This document shows positions 1-9,314 of a stretch of DNA of 64,000 bases, one piece after another. Every line of letters begins with the position of its first letter. Position 1 is the first letter of the stretch. The translations under genes and the position numbers were made by a program. The DNA lies in the IMG/VR virus record IMGVR_UViG_3300035130_000204. One strand, written 5' to 3'. The notes beneath the pieces are model-generated. The model did no database searches, was not told the DNA's origin, and was given only the letters and a program-made list of their open reading frames with translations. The DNA is from an uncultured virus (IMG/VR IMGVR_UViG_3300035130_000204). Its lineage: Duplodnaviria > Heunggongvirae > Uroviricota > Caudoviricetes.

Positions 1-539
1 TGGTTGAACTTGCGGCAGTTGACGGCGCACGCGGCGAGTGCCCTGGCCAGGTCGTGCCGGTTGGCGCCGGGAATTACGGTCCCCAGTTTGGTCTGGACGC
101 CCAGCTTGCGTACAGCGCGGTAGCACCACTGCTTGAGTGCGTCGGCGTCCTTGATGTCCTGAGTATTCTCGATGATCGACTCGCCGCGATAGCGGGTGAT
201 CTGCCGGCCGTCGGCGTCCACCTCCACGCCGTCGACCGTCCGCTCGTTGTGCCTGCCACCTCGGATGCCGATCGAGGTCTGAGCGATCAGGCCGACCACC
301 TTTGTTACTCGCCCCTCGATGTCCTCGTAGCTCGGCCCGTCGCCCACGCCCTTCACCTGGCGGAACTGCTCCAGGAGCAGCTCCACCCGGGTCGGAGTCT
401 TGGGCTCGGCGCTCTTTTTTTTGGGCTTTGCCTTGGGCTTTGCCTTGGGCTTGGCGCTGTTCTTCTTGGCCTTCCCGTGCTGGCGCTTGGCCGTAGGAGT
501 GGGAGACTTGCCCGATCCCTTCGCCGTCGTGCTGCTCAT
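1..539 (-). CDS. Hypothetical protein with Lys/Pro-rich basic N-terminus (partial, runs off window start)
   Basis: ATG at 539 preceded by AAGGAGGGAC RBS; my translation begins MSSTTAKGSGKSPTPTAKRQHGKAKKNSAKPKAKPKAKPKKK and stays open toward position 1; absent from the ORF track because no stop lies in the window. Confidence 0.75.
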   Translation of the reverse strand, partial: MSSTTAKGSGKSPTPTAKRQHGKAKKNSAKPKAKPKAKPKKKSAEPKTPTRVELLLEQFRQVKGVGDGPSYEDIEGRVTKVVGLIAQTSIGIRGGRHNERTVDGVEVDADGRQITRYRGESIIENTQDIKDADALKQWCYRAVRKLGVQTKLGTVIPGANRHDLARALAACAVNCRKFN

Positions 540-558
540 GGTGTCCCTCCTTTGCAGC

Positions 559-633
559 GGTGCGCTATGCGGGAATCGAACCCGCTGACCAAATCCTCAG
601 GATTGTGATCACTGATACCAAATCAGATAACGC
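559..633 (-). ncRNA. tRNA-like cloverleaf (non-canonical / pseudo-tRNA)
   Basis: Minus strand: 7-bp acceptor stem GCGTTAT/ATAGCGC, hairpin CTGAT-TTGGT-ATCAG, long middle stem, canonical T-arm GCGGG-TTCGATT-CCCGC, ends A-CC-G; 73 nt to the discriminator. Confidence 0.55.
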
Positions 634-636
634 ATG

Positions 637-667
637 CCCAGGCAACATCCTCAGGATGTTGCCTGGG
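637..667. promoter_or_regulatory. Perfect 31-bp inverted repeat centred on the recurrent palindrome CATCCTCAGGATG
   Basis: CCCAGGCAACATCCT-C-AGGATGTTGCCTGGG, just downstream of the AAA gene stop. Confidence 0.7.
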
Positions 668-685
668 GTTAGAGCCCGGCGACCC

Positions 686-2338
686 TCAGGCCTCCGGGGC
701 TTCGCGGACCATTGGCGCCGTCAGGTCCGGGGCGTCAACCTCGGCCTTCGGGCGCCGTGCCTGGCGACGCTTGCCCTTGCCGCGCTTCGGCTCCTTCGTC
801 GATGCGAGCAGGGCACCCGTCTCGTTGGCCCAGGTCTTCAGAGCCTCGATCTGGGGCGTGTTGGACTGCGGCGTGATGAGCTTGAGCTGGTCGGCCACGT
901 CCTTGGCCGTCAACTCGCGGCGGTCCTGCTTGAAGCAGCGCCGCACCGCGCGGCTGACAGCCACCTCCAGCTCGGCGCCCGTGTAGCCCTTCGACTTGGC
1001 GGCCAGGTCGGCCACCTCGTCGTCGGTGAGCGTGCGCTTGCGCTTGCGGAGGTGAACGCGCAGGATGGCGGCGCGCTCGGTCGGCGTTGGAAGGTCCACG
1101 AAAAACGAGTAGTCCCACCGGCCGAGGCGCTTCAGCTCAGGCGGCAGGGCGCTCACGTCGTTGGCCGTCGCGAGCACGAGCACCTCCGAGGTGCGGTCCT
1201 GCAGCCAGATCAGCAGAGCGCGCCTGAGCTGGTCCTTGGAACCGGAGTCCAGCTCGCCGCCGGACCCTAGCGCCTTTTCGATTTCGTCGATGGCTAGGAC
1301 GCACGGCGCGAGAGCATCGACAACCCGAAGGGCCGCCATGATCTTGCTGTACGTCTCGCCCACCAGTGAACCCTCGCAGGCACTGGGGTCGAGCATGACC
1401 AGCGGCAGCCCGACCGCAGAGCTGATAGCTCTGCAGCTGAGGCTCTTGCCGCAGCCCGGCACGCCCACGAGCATGATGCCCTTGGGCGCGTCGCAGCCGA
1501 AGTCGCGAGCCTCCTGGCTGAAGGCGTCGCGGTAGTCCTCGGCTGTCGCCTGGAGCACGTCCAGGCCGCCCACGTCGGACATGGACTCGGCCTTGGACAC
1601 GAACTGCACCCCGTCGACCTTGGCAAGCTCCTTGGCCTTGTGGGCCGCGAGCCGCTCCGCGCTAACGGAGCCGCGCTCGGACCGTGCCAGGTCGATCAAA
1701 ATGGCGTCCTTGGCCTCGCGCGCACCGAGGCCCCGGAGGGCATCGGCGCACGCCTCAACGTCGTCGAGCTTGACGGCGCTGTTGGCCGAGTGGATGGCGT
1801 GGAAGGAGTCGCGCACGAGCCGCCGCAGCAGCTCGCGGTCGGGCAAGCCCGGCTCGATGATCGGCACGTCGGCCTTGATGTCGTCGGGCAGGTGCGACTC
1901 GCAGCTCAGGAGCACGAGCCGGCCCCTGGTGCCTCGTAGCCGCCGCGTAGCGTCCTTGATGGCGCGGCGGAAGAAGTCGGAGCGCAGGTGGGTATGGGCA
2001 TCGCGGTAGATCATGCAGACCGAGGCGCCCTTGTTGTCCTCGATCCAGTCGAGCGCGTGCAGCAGCGACCTGTGCTCCTTGGCCTCGTCGGACGGCTGCG
2101 GTGGCCTGAGCCCCTGGGGGATGTCCTCCCCCTTCCACCCGGCCGGCAGTTGCCAGCCGGGGTTGCCGCCGTCGCCGCTGGTCAGCGACCAGATCACGCA
2201 CATGCCCGCCGTGCCATCGGCAGACGGGTTAGCGTGCGCAGTGGCCGCGATGGCGCTCTCGGCTCGCGCCTCTTCGTGAGTCACGAGCCAGGAAACAGGT
2301 ATTCCAGCGTTCGCCAGAACGATCCAATTGTCGAGCAT
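686..2338 (-). CDS. AAA+ ATPase, Ycf46-like
   Basis: Walker A GVPGCGKS, Walker B LAIDEIEK, ATAND sensor, LPPELKRLGRWD arginine-finger region, DVGGLD and GYTGAELE motifs; degenerate N-terminal AAA-like domain; RBS GAGGAGG. Confidence 0.9.
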   Translation of the reverse strand: MLDNWIVLANAGIPVSWLVTHEEARAESAIAATAHANPSADGTAGMCVIWSLTSGDGGNPGWQLPAGWKGEDIPQGLRPPQPSDEAKEHRSLLHALDWIEDNKGASVCMIYRDAHTHLRSDFFRRAIKDATRRLRGTRGRLVLLSCESHLPDDIKADVPIIEPGLPDRELLRRLVRDSFHAIHSANSAVKLDDVEACADALRGLGAREAKDAILIDLARSERGSVSAERLAAHKAKELAKVDGVQFVSKAESMSDVGGLDVLQATAEDYRDAFSQEARDFGCDAPKGIMLVGVPGCGKSLSCRAISSAVGLPLVMLDPSACEGSLVGETYSKIMAALRVVDALAPCVLAIDEIEKALGSGGELDSGSKDQLRRALLIWLQDRTSEVLVLATANDVSALPPELKRLGRWDYSFFVDLPTPTERAAILRVHLRKRKRTLTDDEVADLAAKSKGYTGAELEVAVSRAVRRCFKQDRRELTAKDVADQLKLITPQSNTPQIEALKTWANETGALLASTKEPKRGKGKRRQARRPKAEVDAPDLTAPMVREAPEA

Positions 2339-2427
2339 TGTCCCTCCTCGCCGCCCTGGCGGGCGACTGCAGCTGGGGCGGTCAGGAGCCCCCTGCCGAC
2401 GACGTCCCGCAGGACGTCAGCAGCAGG

Positions 2428-2454
2428 GGGCCCCCGTCCTCAGGACGGGGGCCC
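2428..2454. promoter_or_regulatory. Inverted repeat centred on palindrome CGTCCTCAGGACG
   Basis: GGGCCCCCGTCCT-C-AGGACGGGGGCCC in the gap between the DUF1257-like and AAA genes; a second hairpin lies at about 2389-2429. Confidence 0.65.
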
Positions 2455-2479
2455 GTGGGAGTCACGCGGGGACGTGGAG

Positions 2480-2965
2480 TCAGCGAAAGGCCACGCACTT
2501 GAGTTCGATGTGGGTGTCGCACTCGACGCGCTTCAGATCGTAGCGCCCTTCGGCCATGGCGGCGCGCTCCAGCTCGGCCACCATGGCGACTGAGTGGAAG
2601 CGATCGGCTTGGCGGTCCCACCAGGCCGACTGGTCGTAGGCGCTCACAACGGCACTGTAGGTTCCGTCCTGCTGTCGCAGGAAGCCGACGTCGTTTGACG
2701 CGCCGCCGCCCAGGTAGGTGTTGACGATCTGCTGAGGCACGACGACGTGGGCTCGCTCCTTGCGGAGGTCGCCCTTGTAGCCGCGCAGCTGGACCGATTC
2801 GTTCAGGCTCACGACGATGCCGTCGCGCACCTGTGCGGCGGCCTCCTCTGCCTGGGCCTCGTTCTTGCCGTGCTGCAGGGCAAGCTGCTTGGCTCGGTCG
2901 CAGAAGGCCTCGATGAGGCCCTCGTGGTCACGAATGGCCGACTCGTGGACTCGGTACGCGCTCAC
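2480..2965 (-). CDS. DUF1257 / Ycf35-like protein
   Basis: LRGYKGD..RAHVVV...GGASNDVGFLRQQDGTYSAVVSAYD pattern; adjacent to a Ycf46-like ATPase as is typical for this family. Confidence 0.7.
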   Translation of the reverse strand: MSAYRVHESAIRDHEGLIEAFCDRAKQLALQHGKNEAQAEEAAAQVRDGIVVSLNESVQLRGYKGDLRKERAHVVVPQQIVNTYLGGGASNDVGFLRQQDGTYSAVVSAYDQSAWWDRQADRFHSVAMVAELERAAMAEGRYDLKRVECDTHIELKCVAFR

Positions 2966-3165
2966 GGCTGCACCTCCTCGTCGCAGAGAATGAGGCCCGA
3001 CACCGGACGCCCCAGCCAGGCCGCTTCGGCCATGGGGGAGGCCTGGTCCACGAGGACCACGCCGCCGGGCAGGATGACGATGTCAGCGCCGCCCTGGGCC
3101 ACGTCGCCCTGGCTTGCGCCCTGCTTGCCCTCAGAGGGCGCCCCGAAGGCGCTAGCGCCCGCCAT
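2962..3165 (-). CDS. Small hypothetical protein
   Basis: 67-aa ORF overlapping both neighbours; RBS-like GGAGG. Confidence 0.4.
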   Translation of the reverse strand: MAGASAFGAPSEGKQGASQGDVAQGGADIVILPGGVVLVDQASPMAEAAWLGRPVSGLILCDEEVQP

Positions 3166-3364
3166 GGCGCCCTCCTCGGCCGTCGTACAGGTGCTCCTCC
3201 TGGCGCTCGTCCAGGCGGGCCTCCTCGGTGGGCTCGTGCTTGACGACTCGACCGTGACGGTCGAGCCATTGACTCACGTCCTCGCAGGTGCGTCCCGGCG
3301 CTCCCTCCACCGTGCTGGTGAAGTTGCCGCCGGGGAACACCTTGATCGTGATGGTGTGTCCCAT
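3152..3364 (-). CDS. DUF2997-like small protein
   Basis: MGHTITIKVFPGGNFTSTVEGAPGRTCEDVS..L...G.V...EPT.E pattern; RBS AAGGAGGG; context with DUF1257 and AAA. Confidence 0.7.
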   Translation of the reverse strand: MGHTITIKVFPGGNFTSTVEGAPGRTCEDVSQWLDRHGRVVKHEPTEEARLDERQEEHLYDGRGGRHGGR

Positions 3365-3929
3365 GGTCCCTCCTTGCTGGACCGCCACCATGGCGGCCCT
3401 TGCTCCGCAGCTTGCAACCGACGTACTCAGGACGCAGGCTCCAAGCTGCGGAGCACGGCGGCCCACGCCCTGGTGGACGTAGGCCGCCGGCTCCGGGGAC
3501 TAGCGATTGGATCGGTGTCCCTCTTCGACGTCGTCGCGGGTGCGCCGCGTGGGCGCAGCTGGTAGGGTAGGCGACGGGCACGCGCCCTCGCGGGCGCGAG
3601 GGGGGTCCGGGGCAGCTCGCACTGCACCACTGGGGTGCAGGGCGGGCCAGGCGCGCGTCGTCGGGACGGGCGCGCACCTCCCCCTCCTGGTCGGCTGGCC
3701 TGGGGTCGGGGCTTTGGCCTCGGTGGCCCAGGGGCCGGGGTGCCTCGCGGGGGAGCCCTGCCTGGGGGCCGCCGTCCCGCTGGTCTGTCATAGAGCGCCC
3801 GGGGCCGAGGCCCCGGCGGGGGAGCCCGGCGCGATGCCATCGCACCCCCTCTCGTCCCGGCAGCCCTCCAGGCGGGCCGCCAGCCCCCCGTATTCCGGGG
3901 GGCCCGGGGAAACCCCCGGGGGAGTCTCA

Positions 3930-3959
3930 ACCGTACACCATGTGGCGACCATATGTCAA
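3930..3959 (-). promoter_or_regulatory. Putative sigma70-type promoter for the leftward operon
   Basis: Minus strand TTGACA-N18-TACGGT next to an AT-rich patch (3950-4015). Confidence 0.5.
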
Positions 3960-4466
3960 CAACTTTTTTTCGCCTATGGTTACGCATATTTCAAGCCTAT
4001 TGTATCATACGGACGCATGGGCAGGTAGGATGTCTCGGCACGGGCGGGGCCCGGCGGGACCGACGGGGCCGTAATGACGCGGCGCGTCAAGCGAGCAGTG
4101 CCCAGGGGGCCCTACGGGCCCCCTATCGTGCCCGCCCTGCGGACGCCCCGCCACGCCCGGCCGGCGCCCGGCGCCAGCCGGGCCAGACTGCGTCCGGGGC
4201 AGATGCGACTGGTGATCTGATCGGATGCCCATGGTGAGCTGACATTCTCATGGTCACTTCCTTTCGGCTCAGGCAGAGCCAGCAGTGGCAGCACCAGGGT
4301 TCATCGGTGCCGAAGGGGATGGGCAGAGGCGCTAAGATGCTCTTCGCGAGTGGTCGTGTTTGCCGCAAGGATACCCGTGTGGACGCCGTGTTAGCCAGGT
4401 GTCCCCCTAGTGTGCGCCCGTGCTGGCTTTAGTGGGTGTTCATGTGTTACCAAAGCGACTCTCCGC

Positions 4467-4517
4467 TTGACGGGAACATCCTCAGGACTTAGGATCGGCT
4501 CCAACATCCTCAGTACG
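4467..4517 (+). promoter_or_regulatory. Putative sigma70 promoter with two palindromic operator-like sites
   Basis: TTGACG(4467)-N17-TAGGAT(4490); CATCCTCAGGACT (4477-4489) in the spacer and CATCCTCAGTACG (4505-4517) downstream. Confidence 0.6.
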
Positions 4518-4554
4518 CGATCGTAAGTCACCGAATAATCGGGAGCACACCAAC

Positions 4555-5391
4555 ATGGGTGATGGGTACGACTTCGAAGACGCAGACAACGTGGGCATCT
4601 TTCTCGACACAGAAGCCGCTTCACATGGTGACCCTGCGATGCAGGAAGACCTAGAGCTAGAGGGACATGTCGAGGCGGTGCGCTTTGGTATGGTCGACGG
4701 CGATGGCATTCCTGTCCCTGACGTGCCGGACCGTGGGGTACTTGACGCGCCGAAGCCGGTCCACGAGCGCAACTTCATCTGCATCGCAGGCCCATGCGCT
4801 CATTACACGGAGTGTGCAGTGCTCACGCCCTCTGGGCCGGCGCCAGACGCCGAAGAGCACATCGAGATGGAGCGGTGGTGTGGGCGTCTACGTACATGGG
4901 CAGAGCAGACGAGCCTGAAAGAGCTTGAGGTATACGGCTGCACTTGCTACCAGCCCGACCAAGCCGCGGATCTCGACAAGACGCGAGCCGCGCTTCACCA
5001 GTCGGCGCTCCACATCAGGACAATGCGGCTAAGGGCCAAGGAGATTGGCACGAGATACGGCGTCTGCGCAGTGGGTCCTTGTGTCGACTTTGTCGAGCTG
5101 ATCGTTAGGCGTCCCAAGGACGACGACGAAACCAGGCGCTCGATGCGGTTCTGCACCAGGTTGCAGGGCCTAGGGCGCCTGCATCCACTTCGAGAGCATC
5201 CAGTAGTTGCGTGTTCGGCGTGGAAGCCGCGCTCGCGTTCAGAACAGGTTGGCGCCGTGGCCGCCAGTAACTGGGCCCGGCTAGAAAAGTACCGACAGGT
5301 GTTCGCAGAAAGGCAAGGCAATGGGACAGGCGACGGAGAACCCCAACGCGACGACGATCCAGCAGCCGGCTCCGCCGACACCGCCAGCTGA
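4555..5391 (+). CDS. Cys-rich protein with an internally duplicated putative metal-binding domain
   Basis: Two copies of CxxGPC...RxCxRL...CxxxxP. Confidence 0.7.
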   Translation: MGDGYDFEDADNVGIFLDTEAASHGDPAMQEDLELEGHVEAVRFGMVDGDGIPVPDVPDRGVLDAPKPVHERNFICIAGPCAHYTECAVLTPSGPAPDAEEHIEMERWCGRLRTWAEQTSLKELEVYGCTCYQPDQAADLDKTRAALHQSALHIRTMRLRAKEIGTRYGVCAVGPCVDFVELIVRRPKDDDETRRSMRFCTRLQGLGRLHPLREHPVVACSAWKPRSRSEQVGAVAASNWARLEKYRQVFAERQGNGTGDGEPQRDDDPAAGSADTAS

Positions 5392-6100
5392 GGCGGAGGC
5401 GGAAAACAACGATGAGGACTACGAGGAGCCCTTCGAGATATCGGACTACACACAGCTGAAGGGTGACGTGTTGGCCAGCGCCCAGGTGCTTGCCAAGATG
5501 ACCAAGCTCAGCCCACAGTCTATCCGCGGCTTCCTGGTCAACGATCTGTACCCGATGCTGGTTCACGTCATGGATGTGACCGAGTCCTACGTGATGGACC
5601 TGCATGGGCGAGTTTGGAATCTCGAGCACGACGAAGGGGGCGGTCCAGGCCTCAGCGAGGAAGATGGCAAGCGCCTGCTCGAGTACCTTGCTCGGACGTC
5701 GAACATTTTTCAGCACCTGGTTCAGTGGGCGGTGCAGACCGGCGTACAGCTCCCGCAGGAGTTTCTCGACGAGATGCAGCAGCTGTCAGTTCAGTTGCCA
5801 TCCATCATCGTCATCGTACAGGAGGCGATAGAATCCGAGGAGGACGAAGACGAAGAGGAGGGCGACGAGATAGATGAGGACGACATGATCGAGCCTGGCG
5901 CCGTGAATAACGCCGGAGATTCCGCGCCTGCTTCCCAGCCCGCTCCTACCGCACCGACAACTGAGGAGGCGAATCCCGAGGTGGCTGTTGAGCCGCAACC
6001 GCAGCCGCAAGAACCCGAGCCCGAGCCCGAGCCAACTGTTGCGCCTGCACCCGAGTCTCAGCCTGTCGAGGAGGCGAAGCCCGAGGAGCCAACGTCATGA
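5321..6100 (+). CDS. Acidic, Pro/Glu-rich hypothetical protein
   Basis: 259-aa ORF with a helical core and acidic PE-rich tail; stop overlaps the next start (ATGA); exact start uncertain. Confidence 0.7.
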   Translation: MGQATENPNATTIQQPAPPTPPAEAEAENNDEDYEEPFEISDYTQLKGDVLASAQVLAKMTKLSPQSIRGFLVNDLYPMLVHVMDVTESYVMDLHGRVWNLEHDEGGGPGLSEEDGKRLLEYLARTSNIFQHLVQWAVQTGVQLPQEFLDEMQQLSVQLPSIIVIVQEAIESEEDEDEEEGDEIDEDDMIEPGAVNNAGDSAPASQPAPTAPTTEEANPEVAVEPQPQPQEPEPEPEPTVAPAPESQPVEEAKPEEPTS

Positions 6101-8577
6101 GCGATACCACGGCAGAGACTGCAGAAAGCTCGCCGCCGGAGGACCCAGACCTCCTGAGTGAGCAGGATGTCGATGACGAACCGCCAGGTGGTGACGATCC
6201 AGGTTACGACGGAGGGTCTCCACGAAAAAATTCTTCGCCGAGGAAAAAGCGGAAGAAGAGCAAGAGCACTCGCGGGCAGTACGCCGAGGACTTCGCTGCG
6301 GCCAAGGCGCGGCCGTTCGTAGAATCCCAGGTACGCAGCTCGCTCGCCAAGACCGATCCGGCGGAAGTGATGAACCGCTGGGATTGGGACTCGGGAGACT
6401 ACGAGGTCATCGTAAAGCGCGTACAGCCTCAGTCGTTCATGGGGCGCAACTGCTTTGGCTACGTGGCCTCATTTCCCCACGCCGTAGACGAAAAGTTCAT
6501 CGACGACAATTTCGGCGGCGGCGTATATGACATGACGATTCGAGGACCACACCCGAAGACGGGGCACCAGAGGGCGTTTCTAGACGGGTGCCGTATGAAG
6601 GTGGCTGGCAACCCGAAGCTCTCGCCTATCGAGGCAACCGGGCCAACAAATTCGCTCACAGAAGTCACAAAACAACAGAATATCCAGGTTGAAAAAGGCT
6701 GGAGACAGTCTGGCGGTAACGGTTCTGGCGATCCGGACCGAGAGATGCTCCAGATGATCACCTCCCAGGCGCGCAAGGACCGAGAGGAGCTTTCGAAGAT
6801 GCAACAGAAGTTTCTCGAAACCGCTCGGTCGAAGCAGCCAGACACTGACCTTCAAAGGGAGGCACTCAGGATGGCGCAACAGTCCATGGATCGAGCCGTC
6901 GACGCTGAGCGCGCAGCCGGTGAGAAGTTCGAGCGGCTCATCCAGCGTATTGGCAGCCAAGACCACGGCATGCCACCGGAGATGCTCACAAGCCTTACCG
7001 AGCAACATCGGTCGGAGCTTTCACAGCTCACCACGATGCACACGCAGCAGCTGACGAGCGAGCGCGAACGGTACGATCGCGAGATCGCAACGGTGCGCGA
7101 GCGACTCGAGCGCGAGCTGGAGACGACGCGCAAGGAGCTTCAGGGTCGTCTCGATCGCGATAGCGAAGACTCGCGGCGTGAACTCGAGCGCACTCGGGAA
7201 GAGGCGCAACGGCGTATCGATGAAAAAGAGAAGGAATGGCAGCAGCGCTACGCCGACGCGACCAAGGAGTGGGAACGGCGCCTGGAGGACGCCCAGAAGG
7301 ACGCGAAGCGATCAATCGAACAGGAGCGGGAGCGTGCTGACCGCGACCGCGAAGCGCTCAGACAGCAGCAGCAGATGCAGGTAGAGCACATGAAAACGCT
7401 GCACGAGGGCCAGATCACGCAGATCACGGCGACCCACAAGGCGCAGGTCGACCAGATGTCCTCGCAGCACGAGACAGCTCTGAAGCTGGCCGAGGCCAGC
7501 TCGCAATCACGTCTCGAAGCGCTTAACTCCGAGCTGGACCGAACGCGCCGCGACCTCGACGATACCAAGAAGCGCGTTTCCGACCAGGGCGACATGGTCA
7601 GTCAGGCCAAGAAGCTCAAGGACGTTGGTGAGGCACTTGGAAGCGCTTTCGGTATGCGGCCTCTCGGCGAGATGTCAGCGATGCCGTCGACGGCTTCGGT
7701 TGAAGCCCCTGCGGCGGCCGAGGAGAAGGGTTTTCTCGGCACGATGATGCGCCTGGCTGATTCTCGTCTCGGGGAGAATCTGTTCGACTTCATCAAGATG
7801 GCTGCGGCCAACGCTGCGGGCATGGGGGCGCCGGTCGGTATGCTGCCTGGTGCCGCGATGCCAGGAGCCGCTGCGCAATACCCAGGACAAGGTGGTCCGA
7901 CCTATCCTCAGCAAGGTGGCTACCCACCGCCCAGCTATGCTCCACCTAGCTATCAGACCAATCAGTACCGACCCGTCTCAGAGGAGGAGGACGAGGAGGA
8001 ATACGGCCCCGAGGAGGAGCGCGAAGACAATGGCTTCGAGGGTCAGGGCGAAGAGGTCGACAGCTACGAGGAGGCCGAGAAAGACCAGCTGGGCGATGAG
8101 GGGCCGGTCATAAAAAGCCAGGTCGACGAGGACGGAACGGTCAGGGCGCACATGCCACACACAGGGGGGACACCCATCGGCATGAGTGCTGACGGTGAGC
8201 CAGTGGTGTCCCAGAAGCCGAGGGTCAAGGCAACGCCGAAGCGCCGTCGCCCCCCGACAGCACCGCGACAACCTCAGCAGCCAGACCTTCCTCCAGGGGT
8301 CACCCACGAACAGGTGATGGAGCAGATCAAAAGCCTCGTCGAGGGTATCGAGGCCGCCATGAACGATGGCGTACCTACAGCTCAGCTGGCCTCGAACATC
8401 GCGCGACTTGCTCCGGCTGACCAGCTGCTAGGTTTTGCTCGGACGCCTACCAATCAGCTTGCAGCACAGCTTGCAGATGTTGTACCGGAGACCCTGCTGA
8501 CCACGTATAACGGCAGGCAGTACCTCGGCTCTCTGCAGCAAGCGATGTTGCAGATTCTTCAGGCCCCAACATCCTGA
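6097..8577 (+). CDS. Large coiled-coil protein with acidic and Pro/Gln/Tyr-rich low-complexity regions
   Basis: 826 aa; long E/R/Q heptad region in the middle; small globular N-terminal domain (..FGGGVYDM..). Confidence 0.8.
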   Translation: MSDTTAETAESSPPEDPDLLSEQDVDDEPPGGDDPGYDGGSPRKNSSPRKKRKKSKSTRGQYAEDFAAAKARPFVESQVRSSLAKTDPAEVMNRWDWDSGDYEVIVKRVQPQSFMGRNCFGYVASFPHAVDEKFIDDNFGGGVYDMTIRGPHPKTGHQRAFLDGCRMKVAGNPKLSPIEATGPTNSLTEVTKQQNIQVEKGWRQSGGNGSGDPDREMLQMITSQARKDREELSKMQQKFLETARSKQPDTDLQREALRMAQQSMDRAVDAERAAGEKFERLIQRIGSQDHGMPPEMLTSLTEQHRSELSQLTTMHTQQLTSERERYDREIATVRERLERELETTRKELQGRLDRDSEDSRRELERTREEAQRRIDEKEKEWQQRYADATKEWERRLEDAQKDAKRSIEQERERADRDREALRQQQQMQVEHMKTLHEGQITQITATHKAQVDQMSSQHETALKLAEASSQSRLEALNSELDRTRRDLDDTKKRVSDQGDMVSQAKKLKDVGEALGSAFGMRPLGEMSAMPSTASVEAPAAAEEKGFLGTMMRLADSRLGENLFDFIKMAAANAAGMGAPVGMLPGAAMPGAAAQYPGQGGPTYPQQGGYPPPSYAPPSYQTNQYRPVSEEEDEEEYGPEEEREDNGFEGQGEEVDSYEEAEKDQLGDEGPVIKSQVDEDGTVRAHMPHTGGTPIGMSADGEPVVSQKPRVKATPKRRRPPTAPRQPQQPDLPPGVTHEQVMEQIKSLVEGIEAAMNDGVPTAQLASNIARLAPADQLLGFARTPTNQLAAQLADVVPETLLTTYNGRQYLGSLQQAMLQILQAPTS

Positions 8578-8688
8578 AGACGAACTTGACTCATATTCAA
8601 AAAGCGTTGTACTCCTAATAGCGATCCCTAGTGGTCTGAACGCGTCAACGGCCCCGGCGCAAAGGCCACGCTCACAGCTACGCCTGGA

Positions 8689-9300
8689 GTGCAGCCGGTG
8701 GCCAGCTCTTCCCAAAACGTGCGCGTACAGAAGTATTTGGGAACACCACAGACCGTCATCGAAATGGTTCGCGCGGCCAACGGCAACCGCGGATCTAAGT
8801 CATTTCAGTTGCGTGAGCGCGTCGAGGACGTTGTCCGTGGCGTGAGGCCTCGATCCTACTGGAGCGAGGTGCTGGCGATCTATTACTGGTGCTGCGGGCC
8901 GCAGTTCCGATACACGCACGACCCGCTGAGGGTAGAGCAGGTCAAGGACCCGCTAAGAATTCTGCACGAGATCGACACGAAGGGCTCGACGCTCGTCGAC
9001 TGTGATGATTTCGCGACGTTCATCCTGGCGTGCCTGGGTACCATCGGGGCGCGAGGTCGAATCGTTACCGTCGGCTTCGTGGATGCGTCGAATCACAAGG
9101 CGAACCCGAGGGCGCTCGATGATCCGGAGCTTCGGTTGATGACCTCGCCTCATTCGAGGCTTCCTGGTCCATTCACTCACGTGTTCTGTCAGGGGCGAAA
9201 GGGTCCCGACACTTGGGTTACCCTGGACCCCGTTGCGGGTCCGCGAACTGCAAAAATGCACAGGCGTGTCAAGCAGGTGCGCATCTACGTGCCCGACTAG
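8689..9300 (+). CDS. Transglutaminase-like (papain-fold) cysteine protease, candidate virion maturation protease
   Basis: FRYTHDP, VDCDDFA (Cys), FTHVFCQ (His), WVTLDP (Asp) in the order typical of transglutaminase-like proteases. Confidence 0.8.
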   Translation: MQPVASSSQNVRVQKYLGTPQTVIEMVRAANGNRGSKSFQLRERVEDVVRGVRPRSYWSEVLAIYYWCCGPQFRYTHDPLRVEQVKDPLRILHEIDTKGSTLVDCDDFATFILACLGTIGARGRIVTVGFVDASNHKANPRALDDPELRLMTSPHSRLPGPFTHVFCQGRKGPDTWVTLDPVAGPRTAKMHRRVKQVRIYVPD

Positions 9301-9314
9301 GGACGGAGGAGAGT

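Noticed and set aside
415..422. T8 run as a programmed frameshift or phase-variation site
   Set aside because: It encodes Lys codons in an open minus-strand frame, and no alternative frame is needed
559..633. Functional canonical tRNA or integration att site
   Set aside because: No standard anticodon loop or D-arm linker, ACCG end, and no integrase or second copy in the window; kept only as a tRNA-like element
686..2338. AAA ATPase as the genome-packaging ATPase
   Set aside because: Motifs are those of classical AAA+ (Ycf46-like), not FtsK/HerA/A32 or terminase
6097..8577. Tape-measure or SMC protein
   Set aside because: No Walker motifs and no tail genes nearby; only generic coiled coil
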